A DNA stretch of 64,000 nucleotides from the NCBI GenBank assembly GCA_035438985.1, contig DAORJK010000013.1:23416-87415 (forward strand). Direction: 5' to 3'. The notes under the pieces are model-generated. The model was not told the origin of the DNA, searched no databases, and saw nothing but the letters and a program-made list of their open reading frames with translations. Position numbers and translations under genes: made by a program. This stretch comes from Bacteroidia bacterium. Its GTDB lineage: Bacteria > Bacteroidota > Bacteroidia > UBA4408. Of this stretch, positions 47,050-58,200 are shown piece by piece (within the stretch, counting starts at the first letter, position 1; every line of letters begins with the position of its first letter).

Positions 47050-47709
47050 ATGATTGAAAAAAGTACCCTTGACTTTTTGTCGAAATTAAAACAAAACAAT
47101 AACCGTGATTGGTTTTTAGAACACAAAGCCGAGTATGAAAATGCCAAATCAAATTTTGTTGAATTTGTGCAGCAATTAATACAAGAGGTAGCAAAGTTCG
47201 ACAGCAGCGTGAAAGGGCTGGATGCAAAAAAATGTGTGTTTAGAATTAACCGAGATATTCGCTTTTCGACAGATAAATCTCCATACAAAAGCAATATGGG
47301 AGCGAGTTTTTCGGCTGGTGGAAAAAACTCTACCAATCCCGGATATTACATACACATTGAAGGTAACAAATCGTTTTTAGCAGCCGGAAAATGGATGCCG
47401 GATCCTACGATGCTCAGTGCAATACGCCAAGAAATTGACTACAACACCAAGGAGTTTAAGAAAATAATAACTGCTAAAGAATTCGTTTCATTTTTTGGAG
47501 AATTGTCGAAGGACGACAAATTAAAAACTGCTCCAAAAGGTTATCCTAAAGACCATCCCGAACTTGAACTGCTAAAACTTAAGAGTTTTATAGCGGTACA
47601 TTCATTTAACCAGAAAGAGGTAATGAGTAAATCATTTCTTGGCGACTGCGTGAAAGGATGCAAATTAGTATATCCATTAACTAAGTTTTTAAGCCGAGCC
47701 ATTTCTTAA
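47050..47709 (+). CDS. DUF2461 (TIGR02453) family protein
   Basis: ...FLSKLKQNNNRDWFLEHKAEYE... and ...RINRDIRFSTDKSPYK... are characteristic of this family as I recall it. Confidence 0.7.
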   Translation: MIEKSTLDFLSKLKQNNNRDWFLEHKAEYENAKSNFVEFVQQLIQEVAKFDSSVKGLDAKKCVFRINRDIRFSTDKSPYKSNMGASFSAGGKNSTNPGYYIHIEGNKSFLAAGKWMPDPTMLSAIRQEIDYNTKEFKKIITAKEFVSFFGELSKDDKLKTAPKGYPKDHPELELLKLKSFIAVHSFNQKEVMSKSFLGDCVKGCKLVYPLTKFLSRAIS

Positions 47710-47719
47710 TTTTAACAAA

Positions 47720-50700
47720 ATGAAGCAACTTATTATCCTGCTTGCCATTGTTGCCGGAACTTTAAATGTAACAGCACAAAAATCAACTTTGAGTACAACT
47801 CAAAATAATTACACCTTCGATTCGGTGCTGTATGAAAATTTAAAGTATCGTTTGGTGGGTCCCTTCCGTGGAGGCCGATCGGCTGCCGTTTGTGGTGATT
47901 TAAAACGAAAAAATGTATTCTATTTTGGCTCAACCGGTGGAGGGGTGTGGAAAACGCAAGATGGAGGAAGCAACTGGAAAAATATAAGTGACCCGTTTTT
48001 TGGTGGAAGTATTGGTAGCATTGCTCTTGCTCCTAGCGATGCCAGCATTATTTACGTTGGAACAGGTGAAAACACGATGCGCGGAAACGTTAGTGAAGGC
48101 ATGGGAATGTGGAAAAGTGAAGATGCTGGGAGAAGTTGGAAAAATTGTGGTTTAAAAGATTCGCGACACATCACAAGAATCGTTATTCATCCAAAAAATC
48201 CTGACATCGTTTGGGTTGCTTGCACCGGCCATTTGTTTGGTCCTTCAGTTGAAAGAGGGGTGTATAAAACCATCGATGGTGGACGTAACTGGAAAAGAGT
48301 TTTATTTAGTAACGAAAATGCAGGGGCCATTGATTTGGTTGCTGAACCCGGCAATCCGCAAGTATTGTATGCCAGCACGTGGTATGTTCGACGCACCCCA
48401 TATAGCCTTGAGAGTGGTGGACCCGGAAGTGCACTTTGGAAAAGTACCGACGGGGGTGAATCGTGGAAAAATATTTCAGGCAACAAAGGTTTACCAAAAG
48501 ACACGATTGGTATTATTGGAATTACTGTTTCTGCTTCAAATCCCGATCGTTTGTATGCCATTATTGAATCGCGTACCGGTGGTGTTTTTACCTCTGATAA
48601 TGCCGGAGCCACTTGGACAAAAACAAGCGACAAAAGTGATGTTCGCCAGCGTTCATGGTACTTTAGCAAACTATTTTGCGATCCTAAAAACGAGCAAACC
48701 CTTTACATTTGCAATGTTGGCTTTCATCGTTCTCGCGACGGAGGAAAAACATTTACAGAACTACCAACACCACATGGCGACCATCATGATTTATGGATAG
48801 ATCCTGAAGATGGGCAACGCATGATTATTGCTGACGATGGAGGAGCTCAGATTAGTTTTGATGCGGGTTCTAATTGGAGTACATACCACAATCAACCCAC
48901 TGCACAGTTTTATAGAGTTAGCACCGACAATCATTTTCCCTACCGAATATTGGGCGCTCAACAAGACAATTCAACTGTACGAATTATGAGTAGAACCTAC
49001 GATGGAGCAATCACCGAAAATGATTGGAGCTATACAGCCGGTTTTGAATCAGGATATGTGGTTGCTGATCCTCTAAATCCGGATATTGTATATGGAGGAA
49101 ATTACGGGGGTTATCTTTCGCGCATGGATCATCAAACCGGCGAAAATAGAACCATCAGTGTTTGGCCGGAAAGCCCAATTGGAAGTGGCGCCGATGTGCT
49201 AAAGTACCGCTTTCAGTGGAATTTCCCGATTTTCTTTTCTCCGCATTATCCGAAACGAATTTATGCTTGTGGAAATGTGTTGTTTAAATCGGATAATGAG
49301 GGTGCAAGCTGGGAAGCCATTAGTCCCGATCTTACCACTAACGATAAAAGCAAGCAGGTTGCAAGTGGCGGTATTATTACAAAAGACAACACCAGTGTAG
49401 AATATTACTGCACCCTTTTTGCAGCCGCTGAATCTCCACTTGAAAAGGATTTGCTATGGGTAGGAAGTGACGATGGCCTGCTGCATGTTTCGAAAGACGG
49501 AGGCAAAAATTGGGAAAATGTCACACCTAAAGGAATTCCTGCTTGGATGATGTGGAATTGCATTGAAGTTGACCCGTTTAAAAAAGGAAGTGCCTATATT
49601 ACCGGAACGCGTTACAAACTGGATGATTTTACTCCCTATTTGTATAAAACAGAAGATTATGGTAAAAGCTGGAAAAAAATAACTAACGGTATTCCTGCAA
49701 CTCATTTTACACGCGTGTTACGCGCCGACAAAATCCGCAAAGGATTGTTGTATTGCGGCACCGAATATGGCATGTATCTTTCGTTTGACGATGGTACCAC
49801 CTGGAAACCCTTTCAACAAAATTTACCCTTGGTGCCAATTACTGATTTGACACTGAAAAACAACGATTTGGTGGTTGCTACACAAGGGCGTTCATTTTGG
49901 GTGCTCGATAATTTAAGTGCCTTGCAACAAATGAATGCCGAAATTGTTAAGAAAAATATATTTGCCTTTCATCCCGGAGAGGTGTATCGTTGTGAAGGTT
50001 ACCAAAACAAAAACAGTAACAATGCCGGCAAAAACCCCGAAAACGGCTTAGTGCTGGATTATTATTTAAAAGATGTTTCAGACACCTCTTTAGTAAAAAT
50101 TGTATTGTACGATAAAAACAAATCACACATTCGCAGCTTTAGCACCAAAGCTGATAAAGACGAGAAGATAGAGGTTAAAAAAGGAATGAATCGTTTTGTT
50201 TGGAATTTGTATTACCCTCCTGCAGAAAAAATAGAAGATCAAATTTTATGGTCGGGGCCAATTGGTGGACCCAAAGCTGCACCTGGAAGTTACACGGCTG
50301 TAGTTAAAACCCGCTTTGATTCAACCGCAATTAATTTCACCATTGTCGCAGATCCGAATTATAAGATTTCCCAAAGTGACTATGAAGAGCAATTTAATTT
50401 CTTAATTAAAACCCGCGACAAGTTTTCAGAAATACAAAAATCGCTGAAGCAAATTCGTGAAATGCGTCAACAATTGACTGCTCTAAGTGGACGATTGCCA
50501 AAGGACTCAACCGTTAAATCTTTATCGGTATCAATCGACAGCATACAAAAACGCATTACCCATATAGAAGAAGCTTTGTATCAAACCAAAGCGAAAAGCG
50601 GACAGGATATATTAAATTATCCGATACGACTCAATGACAAGCTATCGGCTCTATACGATGCTGCCAATAGCGGATACATGGCTCCCAGCAAACAAGTTAA

Positions 50701-50833
50701 GGATGTGTATGAAGTACTTTCGGGCAAAATTGACGAGCAACTAGCGAAATTCAAAGCGATTAAAGACGTTGAAATAAAAAAACTGAATGCCGGCTTGAAG
50801 CAGTTCGATATTCCGGTTGTTTATGTAAAATAA
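47720..50833 (+). CDS. Secreted BNR/Asp-box repeat protein (sortilin/VPS10-like)
   Basis: Signal peptide plus more than 10 S/T-x-D-x-G-x-x-W Asp-boxes (TQDGGSNW, SEDAGRSW, TIDGGRNW, STDGGESW and others). Confidence 0.75.
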   Translation: MKQLIILLAIVAGTLNVTAQKSTLSTTQNNYTFDSVLYENLKYRLVGPFRGGRSAAVCGDLKRKNVFYFGSTGGGVWKTQDGGSNWKNISDPFFGGSIGSIALAPSDASIIYVGTGENTMRGNVSEGMGMWKSEDAGRSWKNCGLKDSRHITRIVIHPKNPDIVWVACTGHLFGPSVERGVYKTIDGGRNWKRVLFSNENAGAIDLVAEPGNPQVLYASTWYVRRTPYSLESGGPGSALWKSTDGGESWKNISGNKGLPKDTIGIIGITVSASNPDRLYAIIESRTGGVFTSDNAGATWTKTSDKSDVRQRSWYFSKLFCDPKNEQTLYICNVGFHRSRDGGKTFTELPTPHGDHHDLWIDPEDGQRMIIADDGGAQISFDAGSNWSTYHNQPTAQFYRVSTDNHFPYRILGAQQDNSTVRIMSRTYDGAITENDWSYTAGFESGYVVADPLNPDIVYGGNYGGYLSRMDHQTGENRTISVWPESPIGSGADVLKYRFQWNFPIFFSPHYPKRIYACGNVLFKSDNEGASWEAISPDLTTNDKSKQVASGGIITKDNTSVEYYCTLFAAAESPLEKDLLWVGSDDGLLHVSKDGGKNWENVTPKGIPAWMMWNCIEVDPFKKGSAYITGTRYKLDDFTPYLYKTEDYGKSWKKITNGIPATHFTRVLRADKIRKGLLYCGTEYGMYLSFDDGTTWKPFQQNLPLVPITDLTLKNNDLVVATQGRSFWVLDNLSALQQMNAEIVKKNIFAFHPGEVYRCEGYQNKNSNNAGKNPENGLVLDYYLKDVSDTSLVKIVLYDKNKSHIRSFSTKADKDEKIEVKKGMNRFVWNLYYPPAEKIEDQILWSGPIGGPKAAPGSYTAVVKTRFDSTAINFTIVADPNYKISQSDYEEQFNFLIKTRDKFSEIQKSLKQIREMRQQLTALSGRLPKDSTVKSLSVSIDSIQKRITHIEEALYQTKAKSGQDILNYPIRLNDKLSALYDAANSGYMAPSKQVKDVYEVLSGKIDEQLAKFKAIKDVEIKKLNAGLKQFDIPVVYVK

Positions 50834-50843
50834 AATAGAAGCC

Positions 50844-52745
50844 ATGAGTTATTCTTATCAACTAAAAACGAAGCAGGAGTACGAAGCTGCTTATAAAAAG
50901 AGTGTCGATCAACCGGAAGAATTTTGGTCAACAGTTGCATCAAATTTTCACTGGAAAAAAAAATGGAACAAGGTACTCGACTGGAATTTTAAAGACCCAA
51001 AAATAACCTGGTTTGAAGGGGCAAAACTCAACATCACAGAAAATTGCCTTGATCGTCATTTGGCTGAAAATGGCAACACCACGGCTCTGCTTTGGGAAAG
51101 CAATAATCCAAATGAGCCTGCTCGAAAAATCAGCTACAACGAGTTGCATCATTTGGTTTGCAAGTTTGGCAACGTCCTTAAAAATAATGGAGTAAAAAAA
51201 GGCGACCGTGTGTGTATTTACATGGGAATGATTCCTGAATTGGCCATTGCTGTTTTGGCTTGTGCACGAATTGGTGCTGTTCACTCTGTTGTGTTTGGTG
51301 GCTTTTCGGCTCAGTCAATTTCCGATCGATTACAAGATGCTAAAGCCGAATATATCGTTACCTGCGATGGCGCATTTCGTGGTGCAAAAGCAATTCCTCT
51401 TAAAGCAATAATTGATGATGCCTTGGTAAATTGTGAGTTTGTAAAACGAGTGATTGTGTGCGAACGAACCGATACTCCGGTGAGTATGATAAAGGGGCGC
51501 GATGTGTGGTGGAACGATGAAATGGAACATGCAAGCCCTGAATGCCCTGCCGAAGAAATGGATGCAGAAGATATGTTGTTTATACTTTATACTTCAGGTT
51601 CTACCGGCAAACCCAAAGGAGTAGTGCACACTTGTGCTGGATACATGGTTTGGGCGAACTATACTTTTGTTAATGTATTTCAGTACCAGCCCGGACAGGT
51701 GCATTTTTGTACTGCTGATATTGGCTGGATTACCGGACACAGTTATATTATTTACGGACCACTAAGTGCAGGAGCTACTAGCTTATTATTTGAAGGAGTA
51801 CCAACTTATCCGGATGCTGGCAGGTTTTGGGAAATTGTAGATAAGTTTAAGGTAAACATACTCTACACAGCCCCAACAGCAATTCGAAGTTTAATGGCTT
51901 ACGGGCTTGACTCCTTAACCGGGAAAAGCTTAGAAAGTTTAAAGGTGTTAGGTACTGTAGGAGAGCCCATAAACGAAGAAGCTTGGCATTGGTATCATGA
52001 GCAGATAGGAAAAAAGAATTGCCCTATTGTTGATACTTGGTGGCAAACTGAAACTGGCGGAATTTTAATTTCAAATATTGCCGGTGTAACTCCGCACAAG
52101 CCTGCCCATGCAACTTTGCCGCTTCCCGGAGTTCAACCCTGTTTGTTGGATGAAAAAGGAAATGAACTTGTAGGAAACAACGTGAGCGGTAATTTATGCT
52201 TAAAATTTCCTTGGCCAGGAATGCTTCGCACTACTTATGGTGACCACGAACGCTGCAGGGTAAACTATTTCGCAACCTATGAAAATTTATACTTCACCGG
52301 AGATGGTTGTTTGCGCGATGAAAACGGAAATTATCGTATTACCGGTCGTGTTGACGATGTGCTTAATGTAAGCGGACACCGCATTGGTACCGCCGAGGTA
52401 GAGAATGCCATTAACATGCATTCCGGTGTTGTAGAAAGTGCTGTTGTTGGTTATCCTCATGATATAAAGGGACAGGGAATTTATGCATATGTAATTTATA
52501 ATGGGCATCACGGAGATTTGAATTTAGCGAAACAAGACATTTCGCTCACTGTTTCGAAAATAATTGGAGCAATAGCAAAACCTGATAAAATTCAGTTTGT
52601 TAGCGGCTTGCCAAAAACACGAAGTGGAAAAATTATGCGCCGAATTTTACGCAAAATAGCAGAAGGCGAAACTTCCAATTTAGGCGATACCAGTACTTTG
52701 TTAGACCCGGCTGTGGTGGATGAAATAAAGTCGGGGAAGGTGTGA
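50844..52745 (+). CDS. acs: Acetyl-CoA synthetase (acetate--CoA ligase)
   Basis: 633 aa with the AMP-binding motif YTSGSTGKPKGV. The overall Acs-like sequence includes ...WWQTETGG... and ...LPKTRSGKIMRR... Confidence 0.95.
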   Translation: MSYSYQLKTKQEYEAAYKKSVDQPEEFWSTVASNFHWKKKWNKVLDWNFKDPKITWFEGAKLNITENCLDRHLAENGNTTALLWESNNPNEPARKISYNELHHLVCKFGNVLKNNGVKKGDRVCIYMGMIPELAIAVLACARIGAVHSVVFGGFSAQSISDRLQDAKAEYIVTCDGAFRGAKAIPLKAIIDDALVNCEFVKRVIVCERTDTPVSMIKGRDVWWNDEMEHASPECPAEEMDAEDMLFILYTSGSTGKPKGVVHTCAGYMVWANYTFVNVFQYQPGQVHFCTADIGWITGHSYIIYGPLSAGATSLLFEGVPTYPDAGRFWEIVDKFKVNILYTAPTAIRSLMAYGLDSLTGKSLESLKVLGTVGEPINEEAWHWYHEQIGKKNCPIVDTWWQTETGGILISNIAGVTPHKPAHATLPLPGVQPCLLDEKGNELVGNNVSGNLCLKFPWPGMLRTTYGDHERCRVNYFATYENLYFTGDGCLRDENGNYRITGRVDDVLNVSGHRIGTAEVENAINMHSGVVESAVVGYPHDIKGQGIYAYVIYNGHHGDLNLAKQDISLTVSKIIGAIAKPDKIQFVSGLPKTRSGKIMRRILRKIAEGETSNLGDTSTLLDPAVVDEIKSGKV

Positions 52746-52749
52746 GGTA

Positions 52750-54312
52750 TTATTCAAACCCAACTCTCATCAGCTTAAACAATCGTCCTCTATCGGAATA
52801 AATTAGTAATTCATTGGGCAGGGTTTGTAGGTATATTTTAGGTCGGGGATACATCGGTTTATCGGAGGGAGTTAATAATGAACGACGTTTCATGTTGCCT
52901 TGGGCATCCAATGTTACCAATACACAGGTTGATTTTCGAACACCTCCAAAAATTCTATATTCTCTTGGGTTAGCTATAGTTAAGTTTCGTGAATTGTCGT
53001 TAAAAATGATGTTTGCAGTACTTCCCGAAATTGCAAGCGAATAACTGCTGTATGGGCCTTTATCGTTCACCGTAACTTGTGTTTTTGGAACCATTTTTAC
53101 CCAGTTTATTTTACCGGCAGTATCAATGGAAGCAACTATTAAATCATTAAAATTATAGTAATAATCGGTTGAGGTATACCTTCCATTATAACTCACATAG
53201 GTTTGTACATATCGCTGTTCGGCAACCATAAAGGCTCCGCCATCGCTTCGTTCGAGCAAGTGATTAATTTTAAACTGCCTTAACTCCTCTCCTCTTTTTG
53301 CTTTACTAACCGACATTACATTTTGTAAAAATCCCTTTTCTAAATCCTTGAATCCTTTTGATTTTACTTCTCGTGTTTTACCATCAATACACAAGTAAAA
53401 TGTTCCGGCCAAATCGTCTGAATAACGGCCTTTATTTGAAAAAAATCCGGCAGCAACCAAATCCTGCTTTGAGTTAATTTTAAAACTCATATCCGAAATT
53501 GTTTTACCATCCAATTGTATATCAAATTCTTTTACAACACTATTGTTGGGCTCCATCAAAAGTATTTTATAAAGATAACTGGGTCTATCTTTAAACCAAT
53601 TGCTTTTTTCGCCCACAGTTTCGGTTAGCATGTAAAAGTTGCCACTTTTATCAAGCACATAATCGTGTACTGTAAAATTTCCACTTACAAAAGGTAATTC
53701 AATGGTTGAATTCTGGTATAACTCGTTAAGGTCTTGATCAATTATTTTATACGAAAATCGAGTGTTCGTTCCCTTCTTGTTGAATTGGTTTTTAAAAACC
53801 AGAATTTTACTGCTATCGGTTGAGAGTAAAAAAATAAAATCAAGCTTCTCACCCTTGTTTTCGGCAAGCACCTCATCTAATTGCTTGCGATCGTTATCGG
53901 GTTCTCCATCCGGCTTTACATGTTGCACATAAGCTGTCGTTAGGTTGTTTTCTTTGTTGTAAAACGAGGTAAACAACAGTAATTTCCCGTTAAGGCAAAT
54001 CAAGTCTTCAAAGTGAACGTGCCTATTCTCACCTATTTCAGGCATTTTCAGTTCTTTCGAATAAATGAGCGACAAGGTTTCTGCATCATACTTTTCGATA
54101 AATTGGTCAGTAGGGCAAAAGGGACAAAAAGGATTATAGGTGTCTTTCACAAAATAAATTGACCGAGCATCTCTTCCAACAAACCTTGAAGGATATAGCT
54201 TTTTATCTGCCTCCGTTTCGGGCCCCCATTGAACTTTTGCCGTTTGAGCAGAAAGGGATTTTACTTGAACAGCAAACAGTATACAGAAAAAGATGTTTTG
54301 TAGCAGCTTCAA
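52750..54312 (-). CDS. Secreted hypothetical protein
   Basis: Signal peptide MKLLQNIFFCILFAVQVKSLSAQ. No motif recognised. Confidence 0.55.
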   Translation of the reverse strand: MKLLQNIFFCILFAVQVKSLSAQTAKVQWGPETEADKKLYPSRFVGRDARSIYFVKDTYNPFCPFCPTDQFIEKYDAETLSLIYSKELKMPEIGENRHVHFEDLICLNGKLLLFTSFYNKENNLTTAYVQHVKPDGEPDNDRKQLDEVLAENKGEKLDFIFLLSTDSSKILVFKNQFNKKGTNTRFSYKIIDQDLNELYQNSTIELPFVSGNFTVHDYVLDKSGNFYMLTETVGEKSNWFKDRPSYLYKILLMEPNNSVVKEFDIQLDGKTISDMSFKINSKQDLVAAGFFSNKGRYSDDLAGTFYLCIDGKTREVKSKGFKDLEKGFLQNVMSVSKAKRGEELRQFKINHLLERSDGGAFMVAEQRYVQTYVSYNGRYTSTDYYYNFNDLIVASIDTAGKINWVKMVPKTQVTVNDKGPYSSYSLAISGSTANIIFNDNSRNLTIANPREYRIFGGVRKSTCVLVTLDAQGNMKRRSLLTPSDKPMYPRPKIYLQTLPNELLIYSDRGRLFKLMRVGFE

Positions 54313-54332
54313 TACAGCAAAGCCTCTAGAGG

Positions 54333-55043
54333 CTATTTTAAATTGTGATATACATTTTGTACATCATCATCGGCCTCAATTTTTTCAACCAAGGTCATAA
54401 TTTCTTCACTTTGTGCTTCTGTTAATTCAGTTTGATTTTGTGGTACACGCATGTTTTCAGAACTAATTACATTCACCTTTTTTTCTTCCAACGCTTTGTG
54501 CATCATTCCAAAATCATGAAAAGCTGTTTCCACAATTATTTCATTTTCGTCGTTTAGGTAAACATCCTGAGCTCCAAAATCGATGAGTTCCAGCTCCAGC
54601 TCTTCTACATTTAAACCTTCTGATTTAATTTTAAAAACCCCTTTGCGCTCAAATAAAAAATCAAGCGATCCTGTTTTGCCGAGTGTTCCGTTGCCTCTAT
54701 TAAAATACATGCGAATATTGGCAACCGTACGTGTTGGATTGTCGGTAGCACATTCAACCAAGATGGCAATTCCATATGGACCATAACCTTCGTATACTAC
54801 TTCTTCAAAATCTTTTTCCTCTTTTGATGAGGCTCTTTTTATGGCTGCCTCAATCCGATCTTTGGGCATATTAATTCCCTTCGCATTTTGCATCGCCATG
54901 CGCAAACGTGGATTCATGTTTGGGTCGGGCCCTCCTTGCTTCACAGCAATTGCAATTTCTTTTCCTGCACGAGTAAAACCTTTTGCCATTTTATCGTAAC
55001 GGGCAAACATCTTATATTTTCGTTTTTCAAATACTCTTCCCAT
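54333..55043 (-). CDS. YebC/PmpR-family transcriptional regulator
   Basis: MGRVFEKRKYKMFARYDKMAKGFTR...GGPDPNMNPRLRMAMQNAKGINMPKDRIEAAIKRA is typical of the family. The internal ATG at 55043 is preferred. Confidence 0.9.
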   Translation of the reverse strand: MGRVFEKRKYKMFARYDKMAKGFTRAGKEIAIAVKQGGPDPNMNPRLRMAMQNAKGINMPKDRIEAAIKRASSKEEKDFEEVVYEGYGPYGIAILVECATDNPTRTVANIRMYFNRGNGTLGKTGSLDFLFERKGVFKIKSEGLNVEELELELIDFGAQDVYLNDENEIIVETAFHDFGMMHKALEEKKVNVISSENMRVPQNQTELTEAQSEEIMTLVEKIEADDDVQNVYHNLK

Positions 55044-55214
55044 AAGGCTTGATATGTAAATATTTTTCAAAACTAAAAAATTCTACGCAGCATTTCAATT
55101 CTTATTCGGCAGTAGATGTGTAATTACGATGCTCATTTTGCTATTTTTACCGCTGTTGTACATGGTTTTATTCACAACATCTCGATGAATTTGGCGTTAG
55201 ATGTTGTTTGCCCA

Positions 55215-58200
55215 ATGGTTGATTTGAAGAAACTTTTTTTACTGTTTATGATTCTGTTTGCTTTCGCTGAAGCGGATGCCCAGAAATTGTTTTCTCCGAA
55301 ACGAACAAAAATAATTTTTCTACAATCCGATACACTTCAACTCGACACCCTGAGCATAGTTGCCGGAAGTGTAGTATTAACAGATAGTTCGGGAGTGCTT
55401 ATACCAACAACATCTTACAAAGTATTAGCAAACAGCGGTCGGCTCGTGTTTTTACCGGAACTGTTGAAAGATAGTCTCCTTACTTCAAAAACCATCCTAG
55501 CTAGCTACAGTGTATTTCCCTTTTTGTTTGGCAAAGCTAGGTACCATAAAAATAGTACCTGGCTAAAACCCGATGAATCCGGTAAAGTAAATCCCTTTGT
55601 GTATACAGATATTGAAAAGAAAAACAACGACTTTTTTGCGAGTGAAGGCTTATCAAAAAATGGCAGTATTTCGCGTGGTATTGCCTTTGGAAACAATCAG
55701 GATGTGGTGTTGAATTCGAATTTGAATTTACAGCTCAGCGGAAAAATTACCGATAAAATTAGCATCTTGGCTGCCATTGCTGACGACAATATTCCCATAC
55801 AACCGGAAGGTAACACGCAACAATTACAAGAATTTGATCGTGTATACATTCAATTTAATGACGATAAATCAAAATTAATAGCGGGCGATTTTCAATTGTT
55901 GCGGCCTAATTCCTACTTTATGAATTATTTTAAAAAGTCGCAGGGTGCCAGCTTTACTAGCAGTTTTGGCTTGGGTGCTACTCCCGAAAAACAAAAAAAC
56001 AACACACTCGCCGTAGCATTAAGTGCTGCTGTTTCGAAAGGTAAGTTTTCGCGGAACGTGATTATTGGAACAGAGGGAAATCAAGGACCTTATCGCTTGC
56101 GCGGTGCCGAAAATGAAAGCTACATAGTAATACTTTCGGGTTCTGAAAAAATTTACCTCGATGGGCAATTGCTTGAGCGCGGACAAGAAAATGACTATGT
56201 GATTGACTACAACACTGCCGAAGTTAGTTTTACTCCCAAGCGAATTATCACGAAAGACAAACGCATTACTGCCGAGTTTCAATACAGCGACCGCAACTAT
56301 GCACGTTCATTATACGATGTGGGTGCTGACTACAAAAACAACAAGCTGAACGTGCGTATCCACTATTTTTCGGAACAAGACAACAAAAAGAAACCGCTGT
56401 TGCAGGAGCTAAAAACAAGCGATAAGCTCGTTCTTGATAGCATCGGCGACAATTTGGAGGAAGCTCTTATAGCAGGAGTTGACACGAGTGGGTACTTACC
56501 AAATACCATACTCTATAAAGCAATTGACACCTTGGGCTATAGCAATGTATTTGTATATTCAAACGATTCATCAAAGGCCATTTACCGATTAAATTTTAGC
56601 AATGTTGGAAGTGGTAAGGGAAACTATGTACCTGCCGCAACCAGCGCAAATGGTAAGGTATATCAATGGGTTGCTCCTGTGAACGGACAAGCTCAGGGAA
56701 GCTATGAGCCGGTTGTTTTGCTTATTACTCCCAAACAAAAACAAATGTTGGTTGTTGCTGCCGATTATGCCATTGCCCACAATTTTAATTCAAGTATTGA
56801 ATTGGCCTATACCAATTTTGATAAAAACACCTTCTCATCAAAAAACAAAACCGACGACGAAGGATATGCTTTGCGGTTTTTGTTGACAAAACGAACCCCT
56901 CTATCTGCAAAAGAAAACGACACCTTGCATTTAATTACAGGGACAAATTTAGAAGTTGTGAGTAAATACTTTTCGCCCATTGAACGCTTTCGAAGTATTG
57001 AGTTTGATCGCGACTGGAATCGCGCAGCAATAAGCGGTACAAATTTGCAAAACATCGTTGGTGCTAAATTGGGTGTTGAAAAAAAATCGCTCGGAACAGC
57101 AGTTTATCAGCTTAATAGTTTCGTTGAGCAATCGGTTTATCGTGGCTTTCAGCATAGTCTTACCAGCGACATTTCGAAAAGAGGTTTTCAATTGGTTGCC
57201 CGCTCGAGTTTGCTTACCAACAAAACAGAAATCAACAACGGGCAATTTTTGAAATACAAAGCAGTTCTCTCAAAAGAAATTCCATGGGTAAAAATAGGTG
57301 CCGGTATTGAGCAGGAAGAAAATAAAACAAGTTTGCTAAACACCGATTCACTACTAGCGATTAGCTTTCGTTTTCTCGAATGGCAAGCATTTGTACAAAG
57401 CGCCGATACCGCAAAAAATTCGTTTCGAATTAGCTACCTCAATCGAAGCGATTGGTTACCCGATACGAATGGGCTCCTAACAAAGGCTTCGGTTGGACAA
57501 AGTGTTGCCGCCAATTTGCTTTTGTCTAAAAATGCAAACAGTGTTTTGCAAATTAGCGGAACATATCGCAAACTTACTATTGTTGATAGTTTACTGTTGG
57601 CTCAACAACCCGATAACTCATTGGTAGCAAGAATTGAATATACTGCACGCTTTTTAAAAGGAGCCATTACAACTTCTACTTTTTATGAAGTTGGTTCGGG
57701 ATTGGAAGTAAAAAAAGAGTTTTCGTATATCAAAGTGCAGCCGGGGCAAGGTTTGTACGAATGGATTGATGCCGACAATGATAGCATTGAAGACTTAGAT
57801 GAGTTTTTTGTTGCGGTATTTGCAGATAAAAAACAATACATAAAGGTATTTACACCTACCAGTGATTTTGTAAAAACTTACAACAATCAGTTCAGTGAAA
57901 TACTGCAATTATCGCCTGCTAACGTTTGGAGTGGGAAAAAAGGTTTTCGAAAATTTCTAGCTCTTTTGAGCAATCAAACTGCCTATAGAATTGACCGTAA
58001 AACCAGCAATACCGATGTAGAAAAGTTTTTGAATCCATTTTTAAATCAAAGTAAAGATGTTGAGATAGTAACATTGAATTCGTCTTTTAGAAACACCTTC
58101 TTTGTGAATCGCTTTAACTCGCGTTTTGGATTCGATTATTCCTATCAGCAAACCAAAAATAAATCGCTACTAGTAAGTGGATCCGAGCAACGTTCAAATC